Assembly: GCA_963575745.1 (NCBI GenBank)
Contig: CAUYUJ010000093.1
Location: forward strand, 62,001 to 118,382
Source of the DNA: Prorocentrum cordatum
Lineage: Eukaryota
DNA: 56,382 nt
Direction of reading: 5' to 3'
In this document: piece by piece, positions 44,916 through 56,382 of the stretch
Position numbering within the stretch: the stretch's first letter is position 1
Layout: every line of letters begins with the position of its first letter
Notes under the pieces: model-generated
Databases searched by the model: none
What the model saw: only the letters and a program-made list of their open reading frames with translations
What the model was told of the DNA's origin: nothing
Program-made: the position numbers and the translations under genes

Positions 44916-47140
44916 TGCTGCGCGGCGTTCCAACTGCCACGGCGGCGATAATGCCGCGAAGGCAAATGCTTCTGGCTGCAGAAGACGCCCCACTTTCCGC
45001 TGGAATTGAGGCCGTTGATAATCGCGTGCACGGACATGCTTGCGATGGGCGCCATCTTGCCTTCGGTGCGAGCTCGAGCACGAATGGCCGCGTGATCTGA
45101 GACCCCCCGCGCGTGAAACTCCTCGGGGGTAGATAGAAACTACTGCAACCGAAAGATGCGATTGACGAGCCATCGAAGTCGGTTCAGAGGTCCAGAACCG
45201 ATCGATTTGTGCAAGCGTGCAGGTGTCTTTGCAATAGCGCGTGGGATTTTCCGAAGCAGTCTCGGACTTCTGCTTTAGCGCTTGCATCCAAGTCCTCATG
45301 TGGGTCCTCGCATAGTCGGTGGGCTTGAGATCCCGCGCCAGATCTGGCCGCGCAAGATGCAGAGCATCATGGGGCGCGAAGGTGAAGTCGCCGCGCGCCG
45401 CCGCCGTGCGCGCCCGAGGGCCAGCGCGTGCCCGAGCGATGCCCGCCTCGAGCTCCGCCGTGACTGCCTGGGCCCGCGGCGATGAGAGACCGTGATATAT
45501 GCGTTGAAATGCGGAGCTTCAACGCTAGAGCAACGTGAAGCTGTCTGCAATGACTCTGCCCGGAACGAGCGCAGAGGACGTGGCGCTCGACGCTGCGGCG
45601 ATTGAAATAGGCGCTGCCGCGGCGGCGCCCCATCGAGCGTGGTCTTCTCGATCGAGCCCAAAATGAGCAAGCGTTGTGGAAGACGGCGCAGCCCTTGACG
45701 TGAAAAGCTGCAGCTCCTCTAGCGGATGGCGCGCCTCCTGCGCCGCGAATGGAGTTGGTGAGTCCCGCTTTGACCATGTGGGCAGCCTTGCTCGTCGCCT
45801 GCGTGCCTCGCCAGCGCAGCAAAGCCCTTGCATTCCACGGGGCGAAGGAGAGCTCGGGCGACTTGGGGGCCGCGCCAGCCTCGGGTGCCGCGGTAGGCGC
45901 CAATATCGGGTCGATGAGCTTGCGAATGTCGGATCGTGCCCCGCTTCGAGAAGACAAAGCAGCATCGTGCCAGTAGCAGGCAGTAGCATCCCGACCAGTC
46001 TGGGTTTCCAATCGCAATATCGGGTCCCAGCTTTCGGTTGTCCATCCATTCTGTCTGCCGCGATGGAACTTCGAGGATGCCCCCGAAGAAGCGAGACCAC
46101 TTTCTCGCCCGACCTCTCCAGCTTGATCTGGAAGGGGCTTTTGTCAGGGCCGTATGCAGCTGACCAGTGCCGCCAGACGCAGCTGGAACTGGAAAACGCA
46201 TCCACTGCCCCTCCCCAGGAAGGCGAAGGGCTGCGAGAGCTTGGGCCACTTTTTTCCCAGCAGTGCCAGCAGCTCCGTTGAATTGAATCGTGAACAGCTT
46301 GTCTTGAGCATCTCCGACCACAGTGTAATTGTCCAGCTCAGCGTCGTGCAACCACTTGCCAACCGATAAGACCACATCTTCCTTTTTGACCAGGAAGCCG
46401 ACGCCACAACCTTGAGTATGGTTCCGTCCGCTTCACGTTGAAACCCTGCGGATGGCTTGGGCGGCGGGGGGGCACGGTTGGCAACTCGTCCATGGCCTGG
46501 CGCATTTGGTCCATATCTACCGCCAAGGATTCTGTAAGATTGTCGATGGCTCGCATTTGGGCTTGAAGGGTGTCCAACTGCTGCTGCGTGCGTCGCTCCA
46601 TATCACCCAGCTGCGTCTTGAGCTGCGATCCGACCTGCGCCTTGCACGTGATCGGGACCGACTTGGCTGCACCTTCCAGCGCTTTGATGGCCGCCATGGC
46701 TGGATCGACTGCCTTGCCTGCTGCTTCACTTGCCGATGCTGAAGCAAGCTCGGCGATCTCATTCTGGAGAGACTCGGACTCCACCTGCAATTCTCCATGG
46801 ATGAGGCCCTTGATATGAACGCCCCGACTTGTACCATCCATGCCACCTGCGTCGTCGCTGACGGCTCGGCTGGACCGCGACCGATCGCCATCCCGATGGG
46901 CAGTAGCACCAGGAGGGCCGCCAGGACTTGCAATGCCACAACCGCGGCCTAGCTTGTTCTTCTTCTTGGTGATACCAACACCGTTCTTTCCATCTTGCGT
47001 GGGCAGGCGCGCGCACACGGCGAAGACTGGGTGGCGGGGGCCCAAGTCCCGCAGAGCAGGTCGAGAGAGACTGCCAGGCAGAACTGTCTTGCCCGCCTCG
47101 GACCAGGGGCCTCCACTCCGATCCACGGGGGGCCCATCAC

Positions 47141-47162
47141 CTTGAGCCAACATGGCTACGGA
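47141..47162 (-). other. DinoSL relic, 21/22 match
   Basis: Reverse complement of CTTGAGCCAACATGGCTACGGA is TCCGTAGCCATGTTGGCTCAAG. Confidence 0.93.
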
Positions 47163-47164
47163 CG

Positions 47165-47700
47165 GAGGAGGGGGAGGAGGAGGAGGAGGAGGAGGAGGAG
47201 GAGGAGGAGGGAGGAGGAGGAGAAGGACGAGGAAAAAGAGGAGGAGAGGAGGTGGAGGAGGGATAGGGGGGGGGGGGGAGGAGGGGGGATGAGGAGGAGG
47301 AGGGGGAAGAAGAACGGTCCAACATGCTCCCCGATGTTCCTGGCCGAACAAAGGTGCACGTGTCCGAGCCTTCCCACCCCCCACGGCGGCGGCGGACGGA
47401 GTCCACGGCCACCCCTCTGGAGAGGCCGCGGGCGCCCCTCCCCGTTTCCTCCTCCATCCTCCTCCTCCTCCTCCTCCTCCTCCTCCTCCTCCTCCTCCTC
47501 CTCCTCCTCCACCTTCACCTCCACCTCCTCCTCCTCCTGCTCCTCCTCCTCCTGCTCCGCCTCCTCCTCCTACTCCTCCTTTTCCTCCTCCTCCTCTTCC
47601 GCTTCCTCCTCCTCCTCGCCCTGCCCCTCCCCGTGCTCCTCCTCGCCCTCCCCTCCTCCTCCTCCTCGCCTTCCCCCTCCCTCGCCCCTCCTCCCCTGGG
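47165..47700. repeat. Opposed (GAG)n and (CCT)n tracts
   Basis: Direct reading. Confidence 0.9.
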
Positions 47701-48069
47701 GCGCGGCAAGGTCGGGTGAAGCAAGTTGGGGCGCGAACCGCCTTTGAGCCGCCCCTACCTACGGCAACATATCCCTGCACTCTCCCCTCTGTGTAACGGG
47801 AAATGGGGGAGGGATCCAAGGTGGCACTGAATAGTGTGAGCGACGGCGGGAACTTGCAGCAACTGGCTGGACGGGTCAAGGATCCTCCTCCTGCTCCTCC
47901 TCCTCCGCCTCCTCCACTCCTGCCCTCATAAATCAGACCTTCCTTTCCTCGACCGCGTGTCGGTCGGGAGGGGCTGGGCGTTTCGCCAGAGACATCTCAA
48001 CCATTTTGTGACCCTGCAGCAGCTTAAAATCTGCAGCAGCTTTGCGGGTGGAGGGCGGGCCGTGCTCAA

Positions 48070-48360
48070 AACGTGGCTCTCGCCTGAGCGCCGCGCGCAC
48101 TCGTCGTAACAAGTTGCAAGAGCTTCACGGATGGAGGGCTGGCCGTTTCTGTGGCTCTCGCCTTAGCGCCGCGCGCGCTCGTCTTAAACATTCGCGCGAG
48201 CTTCACGGAAGGAGGGCGGGCCGTTTTCAACATGCGGCGTGGCCTTAGCGCCGCGCGCACTCGTCTTAACAATTTGCAAGAGCTTCACGGATGCAGTGTG
48301 ACTCCTTTTCAACCTGTGGCTCTCGCATTAGCGCCGCGCACATCCGTTTCAAGAGCTTAC
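48070..48360 (+). repeat. ~80-bp tandem repeat (GTGGCTCTCGCCTTAGCGCCGCGCGCACTCGTC...GAGCTTCACGGA), 4 copies
   Basis: Units near 48073, 48151, 48239 and 48316. Confidence 0.8.
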
Positions 48361-49739
48361 AACAGTTTCAATTTCGCCGACCCTGTCGGCGTGTGGACCC
48401 CCTGTCGGCGTGCGCTCAGTCGACGCATCCGTTGTCCTCTTTCCCTGCGTCTCCGTCGCCCCCTTTCCCTGCACCCTCCTCTTCAAGCCTGCAAGCGGGC
48501 GAAAACCGTAGCAGCGTCGTACTTAAGTCGAAGGGAAGCCCCTTCCCTTTGATTCCTTCCCCGCCGAGGGGGGGAGGGGTCCTGGGGGGGGGGTCAGAAA
48601 CGCATCCGCCCCTGGGCGTCCCAGAGGCCCGAAAAAGCGCCAAGACGCGTCAAGAGGCCCCAAGCAGGCCCAAGAAGAGGACCACGAACCGACATTTCGA
48701 GCTTCCCGCCCCAAGAAGCCCCTGGAAGGCCCCAAGAGCCCCTCAACGGGCCCGAAGAGGCCCCCAAGAGACCCCAAGAGGCCTAACAGAGGCCCCAACA
48801 GGCCCGAAAACATTCAAGAGGCCTTCCAACCACAACCCCAGCACGGTGGCGGGAAGGGCCGCAGGCCACAAGGCTCCCTGTCTGTCTCTGCTACGACTCC
48901 CTCGGCCCACATGGGGAACGTCTCCTTCGCCGTCTCCTCCTCCCTTCCACCTTAATCCCCCTCCTCCTCCTCCTCTTCCTCCTCCTCCTCCTCCTCGTAT
49001 TCGTCGTCGTCGTCGTCGTCTTCAGGGTCGGCGGCACCGGCCGTAAGACCTCAGCAATATTATTCTTGCCGTCCCAGAAACGGTGTTTCGACACGACGTC
49101 GGACTGTCAGGGCGCAACACGTTGATTCGAGGTGTTTATATCTCCTTGGAGTCGTGTTCTAGCACCAGTCGGGCTCGCTAAGACGCAGCAGCGGCGGTGA
49201 CCCGCAGCGTTGAAGTCCCAGGGATGGTGCTCTGGCACAGTTCCGCGTGTTCAAACGATTGCTGCTCCACGGGGCACTCCCCCCAGTGGAAATCAGTCCC
49301 TGTAGGGGCCTATGAAGAGAGACTTTGGAGGGAAGGCGTGTTGCAAGATCGTTGCAGAATCTTGGGCCTACGCTGGCCCTCCTCCTCTTCCTCGCCCTAC
49401 TCCTCCTCCTCCTTTTTTCTTCCACCCGCACCTTCTCCCCTCTCCACCCTCCCCCTCGTCTCCCTCCTATCATCCTCCTCCCTCCACCCTCCACCCTCCA
49501 CCATCTTCTCCCCTTCTCCACCCTCCATCTCCTCCCTATCCTCCTATCATCCTCCGCTTCCTCCCCCCCGGGAGTCCTCCACGTCGCTGCCCTCGGCGCA
49601 GCACTGCTCCACCTGATCTCCCGTGCCCCCACTACCCCCCAGCCTCTCTCGAAGCCCTCCCGTGGAGAGCCTGAAAGGCTTCAGGAGAGAACCCGAGTCG
49701 GCCAGGGGTGTTCCACCAGCTGAGCGCCAGCCAGGAATG

Positions 49740-50064
49740 AGCATGATGATGATGATGGTGATGATGCTGATGATGACGATGATAATGATGATGATGATAC
49801 TGATGCTGATGCTGATGATGATGATGATGCTGATGCTGATGCTGATGATGATGATGATGGTGGTGATGGTGATGCCGATGATGATGCTGATGATGACGAT
49901 GATGATGCTGATGATGACGATGAGGATTTCGATGGTGATGATGGAGATAATGATGATGATGATGACGATGATGATGACGATGATGATGATGCTGCTGCTG
50001 CTGATGATGATGATGATCATTATGATGCTGATGATGCTGATGATGCTGATGATGCTGATGATGC

Positions 50065-50152
<88 letters not shown>
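49740..50152 (+). repeat. (GAT)n microsatellite
   Basis: Direct reading. Confidence 0.95.
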
Positions 50153-50153
<1 letters not shown>

Positions 50154-50435
50154 GGGTCGCTGAATCGCCCAAGCAGACACGAAACCGACGCCGGGGTCTG
50201 GGTCCCGCATCTCATGCACGGGATCCCGCGCACAATGATTATTGTAGTGTGCCTTGACGGCGTCCGGGTCGTAGCGGGAGCAGCCGATGTGGAGCCGCGT
50301 GGGACCCGACCGAGCTGTCTGTCAGCAAGGCGCAGCTCCTCCAGCTGAAGGGCGTGCCGGGTCATCGGGAAACCCTTCAGGGCAACCCCTGTCAGAAACT
50401 CTGGTACGGACGCCGAGACGATTTCGTATACCTTC

Positions 50436-51942
50436 AAGTCGGGTCTGTCCCCCTACAGGCCAATTGTGGACGAAAAATTCAAGATATCCCAACAAAAAAC
50501 CAGAAAATGCTCAAAAATGGTATTAACAAAAAACAAAAAAACAAAAAAAAGTCCCCAGACTATTTTGTGACTATTTTTGAATTTTCCCAAACTCTTTTTT
50601 GACTATTTTTGAATATTCCCCCTGTGCAGGGACAGGCCCGCCTTCAGTATACCTCCCGCGTGCCGGGCGCGTGGACGACCAGCGAGCAGAGCGAGTGTTC
50701 CTGCCCAGACGACGGCCACCCGAGCGCGAGCCTGGGCGCACGCCGTGGTCGTCGAGCTGCGCGCACGTGCGAGGCCAGGTCGTTGTCGCACCGGCGCGCC
50801 GTGCATGTCCATCCAGAGTCGGGAGCGGCCAAGAGAGGGGTGTCCAAGAGGGGGGGGTGCAAATCATGACCGGCGGCATGTGCGCGGCCCAGCGGGGGGG
50901 CCAGGGACGTAATGAAATAAGAAGAGGCGCCATAAAGTCAGGGGAAATATCATGGCCCCCGCCATAATATCCCCCCCCCCCTAGTCATCACCTCCCTCTT
51001 TGCCGCCCCCGGCAGAGGGGAGGTACTCTTTGAGGTCGCCCTACAGTCGGACTTGACTGGACAGGGCGCGCGAGAGGACACAAGACCCTTCCGAGGGCCA
51101 CACTGCCACAGGAAGGTAAAGAGGCATGGGTCGCGAGACACAAGACCCAGGCGCACCCTTGTTTTGGCAAGGTCGACCCACTAATCCGGGCCGACTGTAC
51201 TCCTCCTGAGACGTGCGCTCCGCGTTGCGAACCGTGAGGCCGCTAGCTTGCCTGTGGGCGCTGTCCCACCTCAGCTCGCCGTCGCCACGGGCGCAGTGCC
51301 CTGCAACAGATGCTGTCCACAACCGGCAGCGGCCGCAAATCGGCAGGCGGCCTTCCGCCTCCTGAGACGTGCGCTCCGCGTCGCGAACCGTGAGGCCGCC
51401 AGCCTGCCTGTGGGCGCTGTGCCACTTCAGCTCGCCGTCGCCGCCGTCGGCCGCGCAGACGCCGCGGAGTCTGCAGTGGGGCATGCTCGAGCCGCGCAGA
51501 CAGGGGGGCCGGATCCGTGGCATTGCTCAAGCGGGCGCGCGCGCCCTTCCCGCAGGTCTCGGTTCAAGTCGGGCCTGTCCCCCCCCTACACGGGGATTGT
51601 CGACGAAAAATAAAAAATACCCCCCAAACAGTCCAGAAATAGTCGGGGGACTATTTTTTGGAGTATGTGCTGACATTTTCTGGGCATTTTTGGGGTATGT
51701 TTTATGTTTCGTAGAAAATCCCCCTGTAGGGGGGACGCGCCCGACATAAGTCTCGGTCCACGCGACCGCATCGAACTTGACGTGAAGTCGGGCCTGTCCC
51801 TCTACAGGAGGACTATTCAAAAATAGCCCAAAAACAATATGGGGACTATTTTTCTATATTATGTTTGAGCATTCTGGGCATATTTCTGGGGTATTTTGGA
51901 TTTTTCGGCCAAGATCCCCCTGTAGGGGGGCAGGCCCGACCT
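50436..51942. mobile_element. Three copies of an A/T-run-rich MITE-like element (50436-50644, 51566-51747, 51785-51942)
   Basis: TIRs resembling AAGTCGGGCCTGTCCCCCTACAGG ... CCTGTAGGGGGG(A)CAGGCCCGAC in each copy. Confidence 0.8.
51042..51199. mobile_element. ~155-bp TA-ended element (TACAGTCGG...CCGACTGTA); second copy at 52957-53112
   Basis: Shared interior CAAGACCCTTCCGAGGGCCACA...GCATGGGTCGCGAGACACA. Confidence 0.75.
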
Positions 51943-53680
51943 AAACTTGACGCAAGAGTGCTCCGACTCGTCTGGGAGGGCCGCGCTGGCGCCGATCGCG
52001 GCCCCGACCTCGCGCAGGAAGCCCGCCCGCTCAGTCCCGAGACGCTCCTGCTCGCTCCCCGCGGGAGACGAGACCCTCTTGCGCGGGTCTCCGAGAGTTT
52101 CCGCCTGTGTGAGGCGCCAGAACCTGCACGAACGCGCAGACTTTCGAAGGGTGTATTCGGCAGCAAATCACGGGAGCCTGGCGTTCCCTGTTAATTCCGT
52201 CGCCAGCGTCGACTAGCGTCGATTAGCGTCTTGCAGTCGATTAGCCTCTTGCAGGCCGTGTGTTCCTGCCGACGTGGCTGCCGCCCACTGCGCAAGTGCG
52301 CTCTTCTGCGCTCCTCTGCACGGACACGCACGCGGCCTGCGCCAGGCACCGCGCGGGCGCTGCAGGGCGGGGCCGAGACACCCACGACGCCCAGGCTCCT
52401 GCAGACACGGTGCCTGCTCCTCCTCCTCCTCCTCCTCCTCCTCCCCAGCCTCCTCCTCCTCCTCCTCCCCAGCCCCCTCCTCCTCCTCCTCCTCCTCCTC
52501 CTCCTCCTCCTCCTCCTCCTCCTCCTGCTCCTCCTCCTGACACACTGATGGGGCCGGGCGAAAGAGAATCAGCCCGCGTAGCTGATTCTCCCGGCGCCCA
52601 TGTATCGAGAATTGGGCCCTCGGTGGGTCCAAAACCGGCTGCATGCAGCAGATCTCGTAACCCCCCCCTTTCCCTATCCCCCCCTCCCCCTTTCGTTCGG
52701 CCCCAACTGAGCACGCCACAGCACTCCGCATTCTGGCGAACGGCGCCTGAGAGCTCCGACCAGCAGGGCATAACTCCCCTGCACAACGGCCTCCCGGCCC
52801 GTCCTCTGCAGCAGCTCCGCCCGCACGGGCGCCCGCCCGCTCCCCAGCCGGTGGCGCGCTGCCCCCCGCGAGGAGGCGGACCGGGGGGGGGGGCGCCAGC
52901 AGCAACGGCAGGGCGCGCAAAGTGGCGGCCAGGTGGTCTCGGACGCCCGAAGCGTGTACAGTCGGACTTGATTGGACAGGACGCGCGAGAGGACAAGACC
53001 CTTCCGAGGGCCACATTTGCCACAGGAAGGTAGGAAGCATGGGTCGCGAGACACAGGACACAAGGGTACCCTTGATTTGGCAGGGTCGATCTACTAATCT
53101 GGGCCGACTGCACGGAACAAACGGGCACAGTGCCCAGCAACAGATGCTGTCCACAAATAGCAGCGGTCGCAAATCGGCAGGCGGCCTTCTGCCTCAAATG
53201 GGCCATGTCCGCGGGCGACACCGACAACGAGTTCTGTGCAGAATAATCAGAAGATGCAATCGGACAATGTGCCCATTCCTTCCGTGCCAGTTTCGGTCGT
53301 CCCGAATGGCGAGCGGGCGTCCCCCGGCGGTCCGCGGCAGGGCATCCGCGTCTCGGGTGGCCGGGCGAGACCGAGCCGCTGGAACCAGAACGGCGTGAGC
53401 CACGATGGCCACGGTGAGAAGGACATTTATCGTGTTGGAAGGAAGGGGCTGGGACGATACGGGGCACGACAATGAAATCAATCCATTCAACATACTCGGT
53501 AGTACGGACGACCCGATCGTCTCCCAGCCCCATCCTCTGCCTGTCTGTCTGTTTGTCTGTCAGTGTGTCTGTCTGTTTGTCTCTCTGTCTGTCTGTCTCT
53601 CTGACTGTCTCTTTCTCTCTTTCGCTCTCTCTCTCTCTCTCTCTTTCTGCCTCCCTGTCTCTCGTCTGTGTCTCAACAAC

Positions 53681-55580
53681 CCTGTGGTGTTGGGTCCTCG
53701 TTTTGAAAAGAACCGCCCCGCGTCTCCTTTTTTCCGTCATTCCTACCCTCCCTCACGCCGACCTCGTTCCCATCCCTGCCTCTGCCCTCCGCATGCGCAT
53801 GTTCCTCTCGTGGCCCAATAGGAACTCCACTGAAATCGCCAGATGCGACGTTTGCATGTGGACGTCACGCCCGTTTCGGCACACCCTCTACACGCTTCGC
53901 TGCCCCATAGGGAGCTCCACCTTGGGCCCCAATAGCGACGTTTGCATGTGGGCGTCACGCTTGTTTCGGCACGCCTTACACGCTTCGTGGCCCCATAGAG
54001 GGCTCCACCGAAGGCCCCAGGGGCGACGTTCGCATGTGGGCGTCACGCCAGTTTCGCCACACCCCTCACACGCTTACTGGTCCCATTGACGGCTCCACCG
54101 AAGGCCTCAGGGGCGACGTTCGCATGTGGGCGCCACGCCCGTGTCGGCACACCCCTCACGCGCCGTAGTGGGCCTCGGAAACGGCAGGGCCGTTTTTTTC
54201 ACCGTTTCCGAAAATAGAAAGGACCGAAAAACGGCGACCAAAAACTGCAAAAACGGTTCCGGAAATGGAGCTGGGGCCGAACCGGTAAACCAACGACGTC
54301 GGAACTGGTAAACAATCGGCGTCGGAGCGGGCAACAAAAACGGCAAAACGGAACTGGTAAAAAAACGGCCCTGTCGTTTTTAGGGCCCCCTAAGTCACAT
54401 AGGGACCTCCACCGAAGGCCCCACATGCGACGTTCGCATGTGGGCGTCACGCCCGATCCGGCACACCCCTCACACGTTTCGTGGCCCCACGGGGAACCCC
54501 ACCGAAGGCTTCACGACGTTCGCATGTGGGCATCGCGCCCGTTTCAGCACACCCCTCACACGCTGCGTGTCCCCAGGAACTCCACCAAGGGCCCAGGATT
54601 CGACGTTCGCATGTGAGCGTCACGCCCATTCCGGCACACCCTTCACACGTTTCGTGGCCCCATAGGGAGCTCCACCGAAGGCCCTGGTAGCGACGTTCCC
54701 ACGTGGGCGTCGCCCCCGCTTTTGCACATCACTCGCGCGTTTCGTGGCCCCGTAGGGGAGCTCCACCGAAGGCCCCAAATGCGACGTTGGCATGGCGCCA
54801 CGCTTGTTTTGGCACACGCACAAACCTCTCACGTTCCGTGGCCCACCGGGAGCTCCACCCAAGGACCCAAAAACGACTTTCGCATGTGGGCGTCACCCCC
54901 GTTTCGGCACAACCCCTCACGCGTTTCGTGGTCCCGTATGGGCGCTCCGCCGAAGGCCCAAAAAGCGACTGTCGCATGTTGGCGTCGCGCCCGTTTCGGC
55001 ACACCCTTCACGCGCTTCGTGGACCCATTAGGAGCCCACCTAAGGCCCCACTTGCGACGTTCGCAATGGGCGTTACCCCCGTTTCGGCACACCCCTTACA
55101 CGCTTCGTGGCCCCATGGGGAGCTCCACCCATGGCCCCAACTGCAACGTTCGCATGTGGGCGCCACGCCGCTGCGACACACCCGTCACATGTTTCGTGGG
55201 CCCATATGGGGTTCCGTTTAGGGTATGCGGGAGTCACGCCCGTTTCGGCACACCCCTCGCGCTTTTCGTGGACCCATAGGGAGCTCCGCCGAAAACCCGA
55301 ATAGCGATGTTCGCATGTGGGCGTCGCGTTGGCTTCAGCACGCCCCTCGCGCGCTTCGTGGCCCCATAGGAAGCCCCCAGTGGCACAGTTCGCTCACGCT
55401 TCTTGCGGCACCCATCGGGAGCTTCGCCGAATGCCCCAATGGCACGGTCCGCAATGCCCCCCCCCTCTCCCTACGTAATTTCGGCATGCCCCTCGTGCGT
55501 TTAGTGATCCCATGGGGGAACCCACCGAAAACAGCATTCGCAGCTGCAGTGCTCACAACTGCATATGGCTGGGTCCTTCG
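53681..55580 (+). repeat. Longest complete family A cassette, interrupted by a MITE at 54166-54392
   Basis: 5' CCTGTGGTGTTGGGTCCTCGTTTTGAAAAG; ~75-bp units; 3' ACAACTGCATATGGCTGGGTCCTTCG. Confidence 0.9.
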
Positions 55581-56382
55581 CCCGGATTGTTGTCTGTTCT
55601 CCCCCTATCTCTTTCTCTTGCTTTCCCACGCCGCTCTCTCTCTATCCCTCTCTCTCTCTCTCTTTCTTTGTTGTTTCTCTCTCTCTCTTTCTCTATATAT
55701 CTCTCGCACCGCCCTCGGTGCGGTCACAGTCAGGTCGATGCCTGGCCGCGAACGCACAGCGCTACGTCCTGGGGACGCTGGGTTCACACCCTGCCCGCCC
55801 GTCAGAGCGGCCAGCTCGCAAGCCGCGCCGCCAAGGCACTCATCGCTTCGGACAGTAGCCAGACGGAGCCTGCCAGGACCACGTGGCGACGAGGACCCAA
55901 GACAGGGCACCGACAGGAGCGAACGCCCTCCGAGACCCGCACGGGTCGCAGAAGCCACACACCCCACCCCCGCGGGGACGACCCGACCCACCCGGGAGCC
56001 CAGACCGGCCAGAGACCCCAAACGCTCTCTGGGAACCCCAGAGGGGATGCCAGAGTGCCCCCAGGACGGCCCCGAACACGGCCAAGAAACCCGAGCCGCA
56101 TCCAGCAGGGCCGACGGCGCCTCACCTCTCTGTCTCTCTCTCTCTCTCTCTCTCCTTCCCTCGAACCTTCCTTCGGCCTCCCTCTCGCACTCTGTCCCGA
56201 TCTCTTCTCTCTGTATGGCCCGAGGCCCCCCCCCCTGGCTTGGGGTGCGACGGGGATCCTCCCAGCCTGCGCTCGCCCCCCGGCCCACGAAGTACCCCCC
56301 ACGGCTCTCGCGGCCTCCCCCGAGCTAGCTGCTCGTCCCAAGTCTGCGCTTGAGGCCCCGGAGGAGGAGGAGGAGGAGGAGG

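Larger units (their letters stand above)
41300..47162 (-). mobile_element. Decayed non-LTR retrotransposon (ORF1-like coiled coil, APE, RT, C-terminal Cys/His) starting with a DinoSL
   Basis: Frameshifted fragments in LINE order: coiled coil (about 46480-46800); APE WNARALL, HFNAY, QIDRFWTS, SDHAAI (about 45080-45100); RT SAPGVDGLP, RMLGLRNTDMK, QRGFIAGR, LDFGQAFPSLS, GIMQGCALSGSL, RAGAGD (eroded catalytic motif), YLDMWLGP; CEGCKDDIGHYWLC. The 3' end is uncertain. Confidence 0.85.

Noticed and set aside
47998..48012. CCATTTTG resembling the SL core
   Set aside because: An 8-nt match with no supporting flanks.
49547..50437. Poly-Met/His/Ile ORFs
   Set aside because: (GAT)n microsatellite.
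53760..55500. CRISPR-like array interpretation of the ~75-bp repeats (also 1-640, 3070-4000, 18010-18860)
   Set aside because: Units are degenerate along their whole length with no unique spacers, no cas genes are visible, and the context is eukaryotic.

Overview
GC-rich, repeat-dense eukaryotic genomic DNA. It is almost certainly dinoflagellate, because two copies of the 22-nt dinoflagellate spliced leader (DinoSL, DCCGTAGCCATTTTGGCTCAAG) are present. The centrepiece is an apparently full-length non-LTR retrotransposon (11125-17437, +). It begins with a perfect DinoSL, ends in poly(A) and is flanked by a 13-bp target-site duplication. It encodes a zinc-finger/coiled-coil ORF1 and an APE-RT-RNase H ORF2. 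The ORF2 frame stays open from the first ATG after the SL and straight across ORF1. A second, dissimilar and decayed LINE (about 41300-47162, -) also starts with a DinoSL. Host genes are on the minus strand: a split single-domain 6-TM voltage-gated cation channel with C-terminal EF-hands (2161-7209, possibly with a far upstream exon) and an intronless P4HTM-like prolyl 4-hydroxylase with an EF-hand insert (33148-34128). The rest is nested MITE-like inverted-repeat elements, dispersed 75-80-bp satellite cassettes with conserved ends, microsatellites and one 100-N gap. Most ORFs in the supplied track are repeat-derived noise. All motif and repeat calls were made by eye; no searches were run.
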